Shown here: piece after piece, positions 30,632 to 39,569 of the stretch
Numbering within the stretch: position 1 is the stretch's first letter
Layout: each line of letters begins with the position of its first letter
Assembly (NCBI GenBank): GCA_043776915.1
Contig: JAYVQT010000003.1
Coordinates: 26,187 to 90,186 of the forward strand
Origin: Minisyncoccota bacterium
GTDB lineage: Bacteria > Patescibacteriota > Minisyncoccia > Phycocordibacterales > UBA9973
Direction: 5' to 3'
Length of the DNA: 64,000 nucleotides
The notes under the pieces: generated by a model
Seen by the model: the letters and a program-made list of their open reading frames with translations, nothing else
Databases searched by the model: none
What the model was told of the DNA's origin: nothing
Position numbers and translations under genes: made by a program

Positions 30632-31243
30632 TTATTTCGAAAACTTCTTAACTGCAAGCCAGACAAGGGCCGCAAGAGCTACCCCAAGAATAATAACTCT
30701 TATAATACTATCCGCGCTGCCCCAGTAGCGCATTGAAGCGATAATTAGTGACAGTACACCACTCCACGAAAAAGCCATGGACAAAAGTGGTAGCCCCACA
30801 AATGCTCCAAGTATGAGGACGATAACGCCGAGAGAAACAAGAATGATGAAAATATTACGATTGTACAATTTCTGTGTAGCATCAAATTTCTTCTGGCAAG
30901 TATAGGTCGCATTACAATAACCCGTCACTTGCGTCTTAGTTGGGGATGAGATTTTAGGCCCTTCGACTGGTACGACTTGCTCACTCCACATACCACCATT
31001 CTCTAAGCACTGACCCTTATTATCATATGCTTTATTTATAATATCAACAGGACAAAACCCCTCAAACGTTGGTTCAGTATAGACAAGTGATGTTGCATAA
31101 TTAAAAAATAAATTTGTCACAATGACAATAGCAACAACCAGTGACCACATAAGTGCTTTTGGCTTCTTTACTTCCTCTCCATGTAGACTATTATTATTTT
31201 CCATAATAATTATAGTATACCAGAATTGTGGTAGAGACGACAA
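30632..31243 (-). CDS. Hypothetical membrane protein
   Basis: N- and C-terminal TM helices flanking a Cys-containing extracytoplasmic segment. Confidence 0.35.
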   Translation of the reverse strand: MSSLPQFWYTIIIMENNNSLHGEEVKKPKALMWSLVVAIVIVTNLFFNYATSLVYTEPTFEGFCPVDIINKAYDNKGQCLENGGMWSEQVVPVEGPKISSPTKTQVTGYCNATYTCQKKFDATQKLYNRNIFIILVSLGVIVLILGAFVGLPLLSMAFSWSGVLSLIIASMRYWGSADSIIRVIILGVALAALVWLAVKKFSK

Positions 31244-31263
31244 ACTACTGTATACACCAGTTT

Positions 31264-31839
31264 TTATACTGTTATTTCCACTGCCCCTTGTCGCAGAATT
31301 TTTACTGTTTCATGTTGAAACTCAATCAATGTTGAAGCTTTCGATTCTTTGGTCCCTCCGTTAATATACATATCGACACGTTCATGAAAATATTTTCTAG
31401 CCTCTGTGATATTTCGTGCTGGCACAAGCCCTTGCGGATTAGCACTCGGAGCAACAAGTGGTCCAATGTTTTGTAGAAGTGTATAGAGATTTTTATTTTG
31501 TGGTCCAACCATTCTAAAAGCAATTGTCTTAGTTCCCCGATGAAGATACGAGAACTGCTTACTTATGCATGGCATGACGACGCTCACCTTTCCTGGCCAT
31601 ACAGCACCCAGTAATGTACTCTGCTTTTGGTCTAATGAAACACCAAAATCCTGAAGTTGAGAATAAGAAGAAATAAGAACAATGCATGGCTTACCTTTAT
31701 CACGACCGCGGACTTTGTATATACGCTCCACTGCCCTTTTCGATAACGCACTCCCGACAACACCATAAATAGTATCAGTCGGAAGCACGACAACTCCATC
31801 ATTCTTTAAAATAACTATGGCTTTCGTCCAATTATTCAT
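31264..31839 (-). CDS. tsaC: L-threonylcarbamoyladenylate synthase (TsaC/YrdC/Sua5 family)
   Basis: VVLPTDTIYGVVGSA YrdC signature. The start was set at the internal Met (complement 31837-31839) to avoid a 100-nt overlap with the upstream gene. Confidence 0.75.
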   Translation of the reverse strand: MNNWTKAIVILKNDGVVVLPTDTIYGVVGSALSKRAVERIYKVRGRDKGKPCIVLISSYSQLQDFGVSLDQKQSTLLGAVWPGKVSVVMPCISKQFSYLHRGTKTIAFRMVGPQNKNLYTLLQNIGPLVAPSANPQGLVPARNITEARKYFHERVDMYINGGTKESKASTLIEFQHETVKILRQGAVEITV

Positions 31840-32179
31840 CACCAAAACTTGAGACATCGATATCAATCTTCGCTGCCACAATAAAATCATTCTGCGATAA
31901 TCCGCGAATAGCATGGGTAGAGAGAATAATTTCGACATGTTTGTAATCGGTCAGGTGAATATCTGGATGATGGTGTTCGTCTTCAGCTGTTATTCCAACC
32001 TTATTCACAAAGTCTAATGCTTCCTTAAAATTTCCAAATGTGTACTGCTTACTAATGGACTTACCATCATAAGAAAGTTCCCAGTATGGTATCTGGGCAA
32101 GTAAGACTGTCGCTTCTTCTTTGTCGTATGGAATGACATTGCCTTCGCAGGCCACACACTTTTGTTCGGTTAGATTCAT
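31832..32179 (-). CDS. Pterin-4a-carbinolamine dehydratase (PCD/DCoH)
   Basis: EHHHPDI catalytic motif and a size of about 110 aa. Confidence 0.8.
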   Translation of the reverse strand: MNLTEQKCVACEGNVIPYDKEEATVLLAQIPYWELSYDGKSISKQYTFGNFKEALDFVNKVGITAEDEHHHPDIHLTDYKHVEIILSTHAIRGLSQNDFIVAAKIDIDVSSFGDE

Positions 32180-32206
32180 ATATGTATTTTAGCACATATA
32201 GATAGT

Positions 32207-32235
32207 TTGACAAAGGTAATAAGTTATATTAATAT
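32207..32235 (+). promoter_or_regulatory. Sigma-70-like promoter (TTGACA, 17-nt spacer, TAATAT) upstream of the sigma-factor gene
   Basis: TTGACA at 32207-32212 and TAATAT at 32230-32235. The sigma-gene ATG is 40 nt downstream. Confidence 0.5.
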
Positions 32236-32274
32236 ATTAAAAAATCTTTATCTAATCTTTTAAAACCTATATAT

Positions 32275-33129
32275 ATGAGACAATTAAAAATTGTAACACA
32301 GATTACTGACCGTGATTCCCAGGCAGTGGAAAAATACCTTCAAGAAATATCAAAGATATCTATGATTACTCCAGAGGAAGAGCCCATTCTGGCTGAGAAA
32401 ATAAAGACGGGTGATCAACAAGCATTGAATAGATTAGTGAATGCTAATCTTCGTTTCGTAGTCTCGGTCGCCAAGCAGTACCAATACCAAGGATTAACTT
32501 TACCGGATCTGATTAATGAAGGCAACCTGGGGTTAATAAAGGCTGCCCAAAGATTTGATGAAACACGGGGGTTTAAATTCATTTCGTACGCTGTGTGGTG
32601 GATTCGTCAATCTATTTTACAATCTTTAGCCGAGCAAGGCAGGTTAGTGCGTATACCACAAAATAAAATTGGTGCTTATAATAAAGCTCATAAGGCTTAT
32701 ATGTCTTTTGAGCAACAATATGAAAGAGAACCTTCAACCGAGGAATTAGCGGAATTACTGGAAATAAGTGAAACTAAAGTTAATACCATTTTCCAAGGTA
32801 GATCTCATCATACTTCTCTTGATTCCCCTATAAATGAAGAGGGAGATACGAATCTAGGTGATTTACTGCGAAGTGATGACAAAGCCGACGAAGATGTAAT
32901 GCACAACTCATTAAAAGATGAAATCCAGCGAGTTTTGAAATCATTAAGCCCACGAGAAGCAGATATAGTAAATGCTTACTTTGGATTAGATGGAGACGTT
33001 TTGACTCCTGAGCAGATTGGTATAAAATATAATTTGACAAAGGAGCGTGTCCGTCAGATTAAAGAAAGAGCTATCAATCGCCTGAAAAAAGCAGGGTACA
33101 GTAATACTTTAAAAGCATACTTGGGGTAA
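32275..33129 (+). CDS. RNA polymerase sigma-70 family factor (compact; regions 2, 3 and 4 present)
   Basis: Region 2 (LRFVVSVAKQYQYQGLTLPDLINEGNLGLIKAAQRFD...FISYAVWWIRQSI) and a region 4 HTH (TKERVRQIKERAINRLKK). Confidence 0.85.
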   Translation: MRQLKIVTQITDRDSQAVEKYLQEISKISMITPEEEPILAEKIKTGDQQALNRLVNANLRFVVSVAKQYQYQGLTLPDLINEGNLGLIKAAQRFDETRGFKFISYAVWWIRQSILQSLAEQGRLVRIPQNKIGAYNKAHKAYMSFEQQYEREPSTEELAELLEISETKVNTIFQGRSHHTSLDSPINEEGDTNLGDLLRSDDKADEDVMHNSLKDEIQRVLKSLSPREADIVNAYFGLDGDVLTPEQIGIKYNLTKERVRQIKERAINRLKKAGYSNTLKAYLG

Positions 33130-33143
33130 TATCAAAATTTTCA

Positions 33144-33176
33144 AGATATGATGTAGAAATACTCATATCTTTTTTT
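33144..33176 (+). terminator. Rho-independent terminator after the sigma-factor gene
   Basis: Stem agatatga(33144-33151)/tcatatct(33163-33170) followed by a T-run. Confidence 0.6.
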
Positions 33177-34284
33177 ATATCTTAAACTCAATGACATCAC
33201 CATCTTTTACAATATATCCCTTCCCTTCGGTACGCACTTTACCTTTCGAACGAGCTTCACTGTAGGATCCAGCTTTCAGTAGATCACTCCAGAATACAAC
33301 TTCAGCGCGGATAAATTTATCTTTAAAGTCTGTATGAATAGCTGTACCGGCAATAGGTGCAGTGGAGTTATGTTTAATTGTCCAGGCACGAGTCTCATCT
33401 TCACCTGTAGTGAAATAAGTATCAAGACCAAGCAACGTATAACCTTCCGTAATCAAGCGATTAATACCATCATCTTCTCCACCGAGCTCTTTACGGAATA
33501 CTTCTTTCTCTTCTCCTTCAAAATCTTTCAATTCTTCTTCAATCTTGGCATCAAGGACAACATAACACGAACCAGTACTCTCGATATAGTCAGTTAACTC
33601 TTTAAATATTTCTGGATTCATGTCATCCAGATTTTTAGCTCCCCCACGCTTGTTGAGCCCGTAGATAAATGGCTTGAGCGTTAAAAGATTTAGCATTTTA
33701 ATTTTCTCTAATTCCTTTTCATCAAGCTCAACGGTATTAGCAAGCGTACCTTTTTCAAATGCTTGCTCGAGTTTTACTAGTGCACCTTCTTCAAGAATTG
33801 CTTCTTTATCGCCTTTCTTTATATCTTTCTGTAAATTATTCTTCCGCTTCGATACCGTCTCCATATCAGCTAAGATAAGCTCAAGGTTGATGACTTCAAT
33901 ATCACGCAGTGGATCGATATCACCATAGACATGGAGAATCTCATTACCCTTGTCGTTCTTAAGTGGAAAAATACGGACCATTTCAAATATGGCATCAACT
34001 TCGCGAATATTAGCCAGAAACTTATTACCCAGCCCTTCACCTTTCGAAGCGCCAGCCACCAGGCCAGCAATGTCGACAAACTCTATAACTGCTGGAATAG
34101 TTTTTACTGACTTTGAAAATTCTGATAGCTTCCAGAGTCGGGTGTCAGGTACAGGAACAATCCCAACCGCTGGATCAATGGTACAAAATGGGTAATTCTC
34201 AGCCGGTACGCCCTTCTTGGTAAGTGCATTAAAAAGCGTCGATTTACCGACGTTCGGGAGACCTACAATTCCGATACTTAGCAT
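33175..34284 (-). CDS. ychF: Ribosome-binding ATPase YchF (Obg family)
   Basis: GIVGLPNVGKSTLFNALT G1 motif, TGS-like C-terminal domain; 369 aa. Confidence 0.9.
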   Translation of the reverse strand: MLSIGIVGLPNVGKSTLFNALTKKGVPAENYPFCTIDPAVGIVPVPDTRLWKLSEFSKSVKTIPAVIEFVDIAGLVAGASKGEGLGNKFLANIREVDAIFEMVRIFPLKNDKGNEILHVYGDIDPLRDIEVINLELILADMETVSKRKNNLQKDIKKGDKEAILEEGALVKLEQAFEKGTLANTVELDEKELEKIKMLNLLTLKPFIYGLNKRGGAKNLDDMNPEIFKELTDYIESTGSCYVVLDAKIEEELKDFEGEEKEVFRKELGGEDDGINRLITEGYTLLGLDTYFTTGEDETRAWTIKHNSTAPIAGTAIHTDFKDKFIRAEVVFWSDLLKAGSYSEARSKGKVRTEGKGYIVKDGDVIEFKI

Positions 34285-34342
34285 TTTGTGAATATACCAA
34301 AATTTATACTAAAAATCTACTAAAAGTAGAGTACAGTCTGTG

Positions 34343-34381
34343 ATCTAAATAAAACCCTCGCTTTGAATACCAAAGAGAGGG
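34343..34381 (-). terminator. Hairpin plus U-tract on the minus strand in the ychF leader region (possible attenuator)
   Basis: Stem ccctcgctttg/caaagagaggg (34355-34381) with one mismatch. On the minus strand it is followed by ttttattt. It is preceded by a 25-codon ORF (complement 34401-34478). Confidence 0.35.
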
Positions 34382-34517
34382 TGTAATGGTGCGTAACACA
34401 TTATGTATTAAGCGCGTTTAGATCGATCATAATTTCTAAGAAAATTAAATCAGGATCGTTTTCTTTTTCATTAACCATGATAAATTATTTTGTTTAACCA
34501 CATGCGAATATACACAT

Positions 34518-34547
34518 TTACAACAAGATATCACACTTATCTATAAT
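34518..34547 (+). promoter_or_regulatory. Candidate promoter (TTACAA, 18-nt spacer, TATAAT) for the carotenoid-cluster plus-strand genes
   Basis: TTACAA at 34518-34523 and TATAAT at 34542-34547. Confidence 0.35.
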
Positions 34548-34560
34548 ATTCAATACTCAA

Positions 34561-35319
34561 GTGTTATACTATGCGTCTATGAAGAAAAGTATACTCATAT
34601 TCTATAGTGTCTTTATAGTTTGTAGTAGTCTATCACTAGTCTACATACCTCATGTATTTTCCTATCGATATGCATCTGAAATATCAATTATACTTATTCT
34701 TTTTCCATTATTCGTCACGTTACAGCGAGAGTTCGGTATCTACAAAACTATCATACACATCGTCGTGCTTTCAAGTATCTCATTATTCATTGAATACAGA
34801 GGACTCATCACCGGTATGCCGTATGGATTCTTTTCGTACAATACTGCTATACCGAATCAAATACAGCATATTCTCCCATGGACTGTTGGATTATCGTATA
34901 TACCACTCCTCTATGGAGCAGTTGGCTCTGCCTATTATTTTTCTAAAAAACCTTTCCAGGTGCTTTTACTTTCTGTTACCTTTTTACTGATCATCGATAT
35001 CGTTATAGATCCTGCTGCTGTGTCCATCGGCATGTGGACGTACGCTACACATGGATGGTACTACGGAGTACCGTTCCAAAACTTTATCGGATGGATAGTT
35101 TCTAGCACAATTACATCAAGTATCCTCGTACTCCTTATGCGTTCATATCCAAAAGATCATACGATAGCACTAACCTCGAGTATGTATATCAGTCTTGCAT
35201 TATGGGTATATATCGCTCTTATTAAAAATCTGTGGATCCCCGCATGTATAGGCATAGCAGTACTTGGATATCTATTAATGATATACTCAAGAAATGAAAG
35301 AAACACTCAGACAAAGTAG
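34561..35319 (+). CDS. Polytopic membrane protein resembling the carotenoid biosynthesis protein family (CruF-type carotenoid 1,2-hydratase family); putative
   Basis: About 7 TM helices, and a conserved-looking GMWTYATHGWYYGVPFQNFIGW segment similar to the family motif. Directly adjacent to UbiA, crtI, crtB and crtE homologs. Confidence 0.4.
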   Translation: MLYYASMKKSILIFYSVFIVCSSLSLVYIPHVFSYRYASEISIILILFPLFVTLQREFGIYKTIIHIVVLSSISLFIEYRGLITGMPYGFFSYNTAIPNQIQHILPWTVGLSYIPLLYGAVGSAYYFSKKPFQVLLLSVTFLLIIDIVIDPAAVSIGMWTYATHGWYYGVPFQNFIGWIVSSTITSSILVLLMRSYPKDHTIALTSSMYISLALWVYIALIKNLWIPACIGIAVLGYLLMIYSRNERNTQTK

Positions 35320-36121
35320 GCCACGATTCTGGATCTATGTATTTGGGCCATTTATACTCCCCCTTGCGACACTTCACTCACTTCATGAACTATCATTTTC
35401 TATCATTCTTCTTGGTCTGTACTTTACATTTCCTGCCAATATATTTATATATGGCATCAATGATATATATGATAAAGCAACGGACATACTGAATGAAAAA
35501 AAGAAATCATATGAAACAGAAATTTCTCAACAGGCCGAAAGAAAAGTAAAAATCATATTACTCGTTAGCACACTTGCTATTCTTTTGTATAGTATATTTT
35601 TTCTGACTCTTGTCACCACAAGTTCTTTAATTTTTTTTCTTATCTGTGCACATCAATACTCAGCACCTCCACTACGAGCAAAGGCAGTTCCCTTCCTTGA
35701 TAGTATTGTAAGTGGTATCTTGTACACTATTCCGGCATTCATATCTTGGAGTATGATACATACAACTATGCCACCCGTGTGGCCATTTGTGGCTTCATGT
35801 ATATGGTCTATGAGTATGCATGCCTACTCAGCCGTGCCTGATATTGAAGCTGATACACAAGCCCATATACAGACTAGTGCCACACTACTCGGTAAAAACG
35901 TAATGCTTGTGTGTTGTGGAGTATTATTTATAATTGCTACATTACTTGCAGTCCCCTATCTTGGATTTTTTGCATATGGAGCAGGATTAATATATCTTGT
36001 ACTTATTGGAGTATCTCTCGCTACAAACACATCGGGAGCAACATTATACTATTACAAAATGTTTCCACTTGTAAACACTCTTACTGGCTTTGGTATGTTT
36101 ATAACAATGTTATTATCGTAA
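35294..36121 (+). CDS. UbiA-family prenyltransferase (lycopene elongase-like by context)
   Basis: Multi-TM protein with a UbiA-type Asp-rich motif NDIYDKATD and a second Asp-rich region. Sits between the CruF-like and crtI genes. Confidence 0.6.
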   Translation: MKETLRQSRPRFWIYVFGPFILPLATLHSLHELSFSIILLGLYFTFPANIFIYGINDIYDKATDILNEKKKSYETEISQQAERKVKIILLVSTLAILLYSIFFLTLVTTSSLIFFLICAHQYSAPPLRAKAVPFLDSIVSGILYTIPAFISWSMIHTTMPPVWPFVASCIWSMSMHAYSAVPDIEADTQAHIQTSATLLGKNVMLVCCGVLFIIATLLAVPYLGFFAYGAGLIYLVLIGVSLATNTSGATLYYYKMFPLVNTLTGFGMFITMLLS

Positions 36122-37642
36122 CTGATCTTCTGTAAGTGGTTCTGCTGTTTTAATATTCTCAATTCTCTTATACACTAACTCTGCAGATATTAAACATATG
36201 GGCATACCGATACCCGGGTTTGTGCCTGCGCCGGTAAAGTATAAATTCTTTATTTTTTTAGATACATTGTTTGGACGAAATAGTGATGTTTGCATCAGTG
36301 TATGTGCAAGCCCTAATGCTGTGCCTTTAAATGCGTTATAATCTTTTTTAAAATCTTCAACACTATATATTTCTTTAACCAAGATACGCTCGCGTAGATG
36401 TGGGATGTTGCATTCTTTGGCTATCATATCAAGTATCTTATCAGCATATGCTTCTTTGCCAACAACACTTGTATCAAGATCTGACGCAATAGGAACAAGC
36501 ACAAAAAGATTCTCGGTACCTACTGGAGCAATCGTACTATCAGTTTTTGATGGTGCACAAATATAAAATGCTGGGTAGTCAGGCCACTTCGGTTTCTTAA
36601 AAATAGTATCAAAATTTTCCTTCCATGCATCTGGGAAAAAAAGATTGTGATGTGAGAGTGTCGGAATAGTACCCTCAACACCCAAATATAATATAAATGC
36701 ACTTGGAGCGAGTGTTCTCTTATTCCACCATTTCTGTGTGTGTGTACGATATTTTTCTTCAATCAAATTCATCTCTGTATGCTCATAATCCGCATTTGAA
36801 ATTACAATATCAGCATATACTTCAGTATCGTCAGCGAGGACACACCCATATGCAGTACCATCTCTAATAAGAATACGTTTGACCTCTGTATTCAAGTGAA
36901 TAATCGTCCCCTGTTTGGTAGCAATAAGAGCGAGGGCTTTGGGAACTTCATAAATACCACCCTCGGGATACCATACTCCTAAACCGAAGTCGACATAATT
37001 CATAAGTGTATAGATTCCCGGTGTATCAAACGGTGATGTCCCCAGAAGCACTGTTTGATATTGCATCACTTTACGCAACAATTCATTAGTGAATAATTTG
37101 TTAACAATCGTACTTTGTTTTTGAAGTAAGGGAAGCTCACGACCAAGCGTCGCAGTACGCTTGTTCAAAAAGTCAAAAATAGAATCAACATTTTTATACA
37201 TGAATTCATTCTTAGCAATATCATACTGGTATTTTGTTTGTGCAAGAAATTTCTCAAGCACAGCACCTGAACCTTTTTCAAGTGATTCAAATGTATGTTT
37301 ATTTTTTGCCAAGTCTGCATAAAAATCATATGAAGGCTTGCCACCTTGTTGGAAAATACGATATGACGGAGACAGAAGAGACAGCTTCAAGTACTTATGT
37401 ATATCTTCACCGAGAATGGCAAAGAAATCAGCAAAGACATCAGGCATCATATACCAGCTCGGACCTTTATCGAAAATAAAAGTACCTTTGGTTGATTTTT
37501 TTGTAAGTAAACTTGCTCGTCCACCAACCATGTCATTCTTATCATAAAGAGTGACCTCATATCCTTTTTTTGAAAGTAAAGATGCACTTGCAAGTGATGC
37601 AAGTCCTGCTCCGATAATAATAACTGATTTTTTTTTATTTTC
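36113..37642 (-). CDS. crtI: Phytoene desaturase-family FAD-dependent oxidoreductase (CrtI/CrtN-like)
   Basis: N-terminal dinucleotide-binding motif SVIIIGAGLASLASASLL...VGGRA and a C-terminal CrtI-family motif NLYFTGAGTNPGIGMP. The start was set at the internal Met (MENKKKS), giving an 8-nt overlap with crtB. Confidence 0.8.
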   Translation of the reverse strand, partial: ENKKKSVIIIGAGLASLASASLLSKKGYEVTLYDKNDMVGGRASLLTKKSTKGTFIFDKGPSWYMMPDVFADFFAILGEDIHKYLKLSLLSPSYRIFQQGGKPSYDFYADLAKNKHTFESLEKGSGAVLEKFLAQTKYQYDIAKNEFMYKNVDSIFDFLNKRTATLGRELPLLQKQSTIVNKLFTNELLRKVMQYQTVLLGTSPFDTPGIYTLMNYVDFGLGVWYPEGGIYEVPKALALIATKQGTIIHLNTEVKRILIRDGTAYGCVLADDTEVYADIVISNADYEHTEMNLIEEKYRTHTQKWWNKRTLAPSAFILYLGVEGTIPTLSHHNLFFPDAWKENFDTIFKKPKWPDYPAFYICAPSKTDSTIAPVGTENLFVLVPIASDLDTSVVGKEAYADKILDMIAKECNIPHLRERILVKEIYSVEDFKKDYNAFKGTALGLAHTLMQTSLFRPNNVSKKIKNLYFTGAGTNPGIGMPICLISAELVYKRIENIKTAEPLTEDQLR

Positions 37643-38573
37643 CATTTTGTTTTTTGTAAATCCTATTAAATTCATATACTGCACATACCAGATACCATAG
37701 TTTATGAAACGTATTCTCAGATTTCCATATAAATGGATTAAAGTGATTCTGCTCGATACGATCCAATATTCGCTCATACATCCGACCTGCTACGTATACT
37801 GCTAATCGTGTATCTTTTGAAAGAAAACCAAGACCTCTATAGCCCTGTCTATACAATGCCCTTGTTTTACTAACTTCATATTTCATAAGTTCGACAAGTT
37901 CTGAAGTACACTGTTTGTGTGCGATCATATCCATAGTAACATGATATCGATTCATATCTTCATCGGGAATATAGATACGATGTCGTATGGCGTAATCTTC
38001 TTGTATATCACGCAGAAAATTGGTCATCTGCATCCCGTACGCAAGTGATGTCGCATACGTAAGTGCACCATCAGTAAATCCAAAAAAATACGTGAGCATA
38101 TATCCTACTACACCTGCTGAACCATGCATGTAGCCTTCAAGTTCATGATAAGTCGCATAACGAGTGACATGGCTATCTGTTTTCATTGCATACATAAAAT
38201 CGATCGTATATACAAAGGGTATGCGATATTTTTTACACATATCTCTAAAAGTAGACAAAAAGGGAGAATCATTTTGATCTGTATTCCAAATATCTACCCA
38301 CTCCATCTCAAATGCTTTCAGGGCACACAATCCTCCATCTGTATCAGTACTGTATTCTGTATCAATAATTTCATCAGGAATACGAACAAATGCATACAAG
38401 TATTCTACTTCTGTACGAATACGTTTCGGAAGTAATCGGGTTGCTAGAAAGTACCGCATGCTATATTTCTTTTGAAAAAGCTTCGGATTCGCATATGCAT
38501 GCTCTAAATTATTTTGTGCGGTTATAGATAAATTCACAAATGTCATACCATTTCTTTTTCCTTTTAATATCAA
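37635..38573 (-). CDS. crtB: Phytoene/squalene synthase family (CrtB/CrtM-like)
   Basis: Asp-rich motifs YAFVRIPDEIID and NFLRDIQEDYAIRHRIYIPDED. The start may be an internal Met, as the ORF overlaps the crtE 3' end. Confidence 0.8.
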   Translation of the reverse strand: MILKGKRNGMTFVNLSITAQNNLEHAYANPKLFQKKYSMRYFLATRLLPKRIRTEVEYLYAFVRIPDEIIDTEYSTDTDGGLCALKAFEMEWVDIWNTDQNDSPFLSTFRDMCKKYRIPFVYTIDFMYAMKTDSHVTRYATYHELEGYMHGSAGVVGYMLTYFFGFTDGALTYATSLAYGMQMTNFLRDIQEDYAIRHRIYIPDEDMNRYHVTMDMIAHKQCTSELVELMKYEVSKTRALYRQGYRGLGFLSKDTRLAVYVAGRMYERILDRIEQNHFNPFIWKSENTFHKLWYLVCAVYEFNRIYKKQNGK

Positions 38574-39534
38574 TAGGTAATCTCATAATTTGCTTTTGGG
38601 CTTTGGTATAGAGATTCAATTTACGTTCCTCGATATAGGAACATAACCCACTTGCGTATATAACTTCTTGTACCCATGGGAAATCAGCTTCTGTTAAATC
38701 CGCGCCCCACATTCTTTTCATAAATATATTTCTATATTTATGAGGAGCCTGAGTGGTCATATACCATGAGAGTGGTGTATGCTGTTTTTCATTAAAATCC
38801 TGGAAAATATTTTTACCAAGATCTACCGTTCTTGTCGTCACATCAATAAAGTCATCTCCGAGCTGAAATAACTCTCCGAGTATTTCCCCGAGGGCAACGT
38901 ATGCCTTACATGCTTTTGTATCGAGTTTACTAGAGAGAGCCCCAAGCACCATCGGTCGTGCAAATGTATACCTCCCACTTTTTATTTTATTCTTCTCTGA
39001 CACAAGAGTATCATCGATATGAGAACGACGAGGCATATCCGTATCAAGCATTTGGCCGACTGCAAGTTCTGAGACCAGCGTAAAATACGCTAATCCAAGG
39101 GAGTAATTATCTTTACTTGCTTTATATACATGTTCACTTGCCCAGTTAAAGACTAAGTCACCTATCAGTATAGTCTGGTGCAATGCTTGATCTCTACTTA
39201 ATCCATAGGTAGTCTGTAGGTACATCTGTGTCGTAGGTATCCCATGGCGCAATGATGCTTGATCAATAATATCATCATGAATTAAGGCAAATAAATGCAA
39301 GTATTCAATACCAAGCAACAGTTCAGTCGATGCTTTCTTGTTGTGATCAGTACACACCATACTAATAACATATGGGCGAATACGCTTACCATGAGTGGCA
39401 ATTATCTTGATATAATCGATATAATGATGAATAGTAGGATCTGAAGTATATTTTTTTGATCGAGTAATGTTACGCTCGAGTGATGATACAAAAGAGATAT
39501 TAAATTTTTTCTGAAATAGAATTAAATCATGCAT
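38509..39534 (-). CDS. crtE: Polyprenyl diphosphate synthase (GGPP/FPP synthase, CrtE/IdsA-like)
   Basis: FARM LIHDDIID and SARM GDDFID motifs. Confidence 0.8.
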   Translation of the reverse strand: MHDLILFQKKFNISFVSSLERNITRSKKYTSDPTIHHYIDYIKIIATHGKRIRPYVISMVCTDHNKKASTELLLGIEYLHLFALIHDDIIDQASLRHGIPTTQMYLQTTYGLSRDQALHQTILIGDLVFNWASEHVYKASKDNYSLGLAYFTLVSELAVGQMLDTDMPRRSHIDDTLVSEKNKIKSGRYTFARPMVLGALSSKLDTKACKAYVALGEILGELFQLGDDFIDVTTRTVDLGKNIFQDFNEKQHTPLSWYMTTQAPHKYRNIFMKRMWGADLTEADFPWVQEVIYASGLCSYIEERKLNLYTKAQKQIMRLPIDIKRKKKWYDICEFIYNRTK

Positions 39535-39569
39535 ACAATAAAATTGAATATATCACTTTTTACACTTTT

